From a virus (taxonomy: Duplodnaviria; Caudoviricetes), in the IMG/VR virus record IMGVR_UViG_3300020045_004753, positions 1 to 36,799 of that record: a stretch of DNA of 36,799 nucleotides. The stretch is one strand, 5' to 3'. A program made the position numbers and the translations under genes. Positions 35,173 to 36,799 of this stretch are shown piece by piece (the first letter of the stretch is position 1; each line of letters begins with the position of its first letter). The notes below the pieces were generated by a model. The model did not search any database. It saw only the letters and a program-made list of their open reading frames with translations, and was not told the origin of the DNA.

Positions 35173-35243
35173 CGGGGCGTAGCCAAGCGGTAAGGCGGCG
35201 GGTTTTGATCCCGCGATCGGAGGTTCAAGCCCTTCCGCCCTGA
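35173..35243 (+). tRNA. tRNA-Gln(TTG)
   Basis: CGGGGCG/CGCCCTG, GCC-AAGCGGTAA-GGC, GCGGG-TTTTGAT-CCCGC, GGAGG-TTCAAGC-CCTTC. Confidence 0.9.
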
Positions 35244-35332
35244 GTATCCCATTTTGTGCCGCCGGTAAATGTAGCAGGCCGGCCACCGGTCGAGCCCGTA
35301 CGGCGCACGGGCAAACTTTCCAGGGAGGGTGT

Positions 35333-35610
35333 ATGACCAAAGAAGACGTAGAAATTGGAAACGAATTGGTCGAGCTTATCACAGTTACCGAAAAAGCGAT
35401 TGAAGATATTGAAGATTGGTTGACCGAAAAAGCGGACAAAAATACAACCAAGATTTTCACTATTCGATGCATATATCGGAATGCTCGGATGGCTCTGGCG
35501 GGTGTGCTCACCTTGACCGATATTTCGGTAATACCGAATTGCTCAAGGTAATACGCACCGAATTAAAAAGACAACTTGAAATGTTCAAAAAAGATCTGGA
35601 GGAAATATGA
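35333..35610 (+). pseudogene. Apparently frameshifted single gene
   Basis: Protein-like N-half in frame 35333 (with RBS) and C-half in the -1 frame coupled to the next gene. Confidence 0.45.
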
Positions 35611-35804
35611 CCGACTATCAGCGCATATTTGTTGACAACTTCATCGAGGACATCGGTGAAGTATTTACGTTGCGATCGTTTGATAAGGAAAAACTAGCGG
35701 ACAAGATTGAGTCCCGCATTGTCGCCTATGACCAGGAGCGCAAGGACCAGATTCTCCGCGACATGCCGGCCGCAATCGAGCGGGCTATGGGGGATGTGTT
35801 ATGA
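35607..35804 (+). CDS. Hypothetical protein
   Basis: GGAGG RBS, ATGA overlap. Confidence 0.65.
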   Translation: MTDYQRIFVDNFIEDIGEVFTLRSFDKEKLADKIESRIVAYDQERKDQILRDMPAAIERAMGDVL

Positions 35805-36172
35805 GCGATACGACGGAAAAAACATGCAAACAATGCGGCGCTCCGTTGCTGATAAAAGCCGTGCCACGTGACCCATCAAAAGAAAACGAAGCAGCGCAAG
35901 ACATGGTAGCTGCATGCTCGAACTGCGGTACTCGCAATTATGATGATGTATTTCAAGGATGCCAACACAAGGTTCCGCCATGGTTTACCAGCGGATCGGC
36001 GGATAAGCCTATCGATTCAACCTTGAACGGATATCCTTGCGACGAAGTATCCATCCGCGCGGACGAGCGAAGGAAGGTCATAAATGCAGTTTTGTCGATG
36101 GGAATAATCTACAAGTGCAAGCCGCTTAAGCGTGACGACATAACGGCTATTATTGAGAAGGTAAAGCCATGA
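35801..36172 (+). CDS. Zn-ribbon hypothetical protein
   Basis: CKQCG...CSNCG; ATGA overlap. Confidence 0.65.
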   Translation: MSDTTEKTCKQCGAPLLIKAVPRDPSKENEAAQDMVAACSNCGTRNYDDVFQGCQHKVPPWFTSGSADKPIDSTLNGYPCDEVSIRADERRKVINAVLSMGIIYKCKPLKRDDITAIIEKVKP

Positions 36173-36357
36173 CCCTCGCCGCTTTCTTCGGTTCCGCCCT
36201 TCCCTACGCTCTCGTTTCCCTCATCGCGGCCGTGGCGTTATTGTATTTCAGGAAAATACAGCCGTGGGTAAATCGCGTAGTTAAGCCTTTCTTGGCAAAA
36301 CTAAAAAGCAAACGACGTGCGCGCAATGAAAGGAGGTGGGACATACATGCTCGATAA
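36169..36357 (+). CDS. Small membrane protein
   Basis: N-terminal TM, basic tail. Confidence 0.6.
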   Translation: MTLAAFFGSALPYALVSLIAAVALLYFRKIQPWVNRVVKPFLAKLKSKRRARNERRWDIHAR

Positions 36358-36628
36358 TATTGGTATTGGAATGGAAAAAACAGAAACCGGCGTTATGGTT
36401 ATGAAAGACGGGAAGGCCTGGGGAACTACCTATGAAGACGGGTATAGTACATCATACGGATGGATGAACCCTTCGGATGCTCCAATTCATGACCCAAAAT
36501 ATTGCACAGAAACAACCGATGTAACCTATGAAAACAGCCCGCATATTAAAGAACTTAGAACGGGTAAACTTGTAATGGTTGAAAGAAAAACAACGGTTGT
36601 AATTATTGAGGACATCCATGCAAGGTGA
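36347..36628 (+). CDS. Hypothetical protein
   Basis: AGGAGG RBS before ATG 36347. Confidence 0.65.
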   Translation: MLDNIGIGMEKTETGVMVMKDGKAWGTTYEDGYSTSYGWMNPSDAPIHDPKYCTETTDVTYENSPHIKELRTGKLVMVERKTTVVIIEDIHAR

Positions 36629-36799
36629 AACGCAAAAGGAAGTTCATGTACTCAAAAGCGAAAGGGGAAATCTTGAACGCCGAAAGGGTGAAATACAGCA
36701 TCGTATTAACCAAATAGACTCGCGCCTCATGTCTATCAAGTGGGCGAGTCACCCCATAGGCTCGATATGCGAGGATGACCGGGGCGTCAGGTTCCAGGT
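36618..36799 (+). CDS. 5' part of the junction-spanning 92-aa protein
   Basis: GAGGA RBS; continues to TAA 216-218. Confidence 0.7.
   Translation, partial: MQGETQKEVHVLKSERGNLERRKGEIQHRINQIDSRLMSIKWASHPIGSICEDDRGVRFQ
36679..36799. repeat. Terminal direct repeat, copy 2
   Basis: Identical to 1-121. Confidence 0.97.

Noticed and set aside
35020-35243. tRNA-derived attP or prophage boundary
   Set aside because: No integrase was recognised, no duplicated tRNA 3' end was seen, and there are no host genes
35250-35315. Twister or HDV-like (theta) ribozyme after tRNA-Gln
   Set aside because: Hairpins exist (GCCCGT/ACGGGC, CCGGT/ACCGG) but I could not place the conserved catalytic core
1-36799. 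Alternative genetic code
   Set aside because: Genes tile densely in the standard code and all three stops are used; the UCA-like loop in RNA 2 is not in a functional anticodon arm

Overview
This is a complete circular phage genome of about 36,678 bp. Positions 1-121 are identical to 36679-36799, and a 92-aa ORF reads in frame across the join. It has a P22-like podovirus virion module (TerS, TerL, portal, scaffold, coat, gp4/gp10/gp26-like tail parts, three ejection proteins, tailspike/fibre). It also has a DUF4373-type initiator plus DnaC-like loader, SSB/NinB/HNH genes, a lysis cassette (permuted M23 endolysin, overlapping spanin-like ORFs) and three tRNAs. I recognised no integrase or DNA polymerase. 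The most striking locus is 954-2595. There a sigma70-type promoter drives three small RNAs that share one internal-loop motif (TGGTGCAG-stem-TACTT ... stem-G-N3/4-ATTCC), followed by a Ro60/Rsr (TROVE+vWA) gene. Two of the RNAs are minimal hairpins whose variable tips look like tRNA anticodon loops. The third is a full tRNA body with the motif grafted, circularly permuted, in place of the anticodon loop. Together with a SpoU-type RNA methylase, an ART/Tpt1-like fold protein and tRNAs, this suggests a phage tRNA-decoy or tRNA-protection system (inference). All calls come from motif reading and manual pairing; no searches or folding programs were run.
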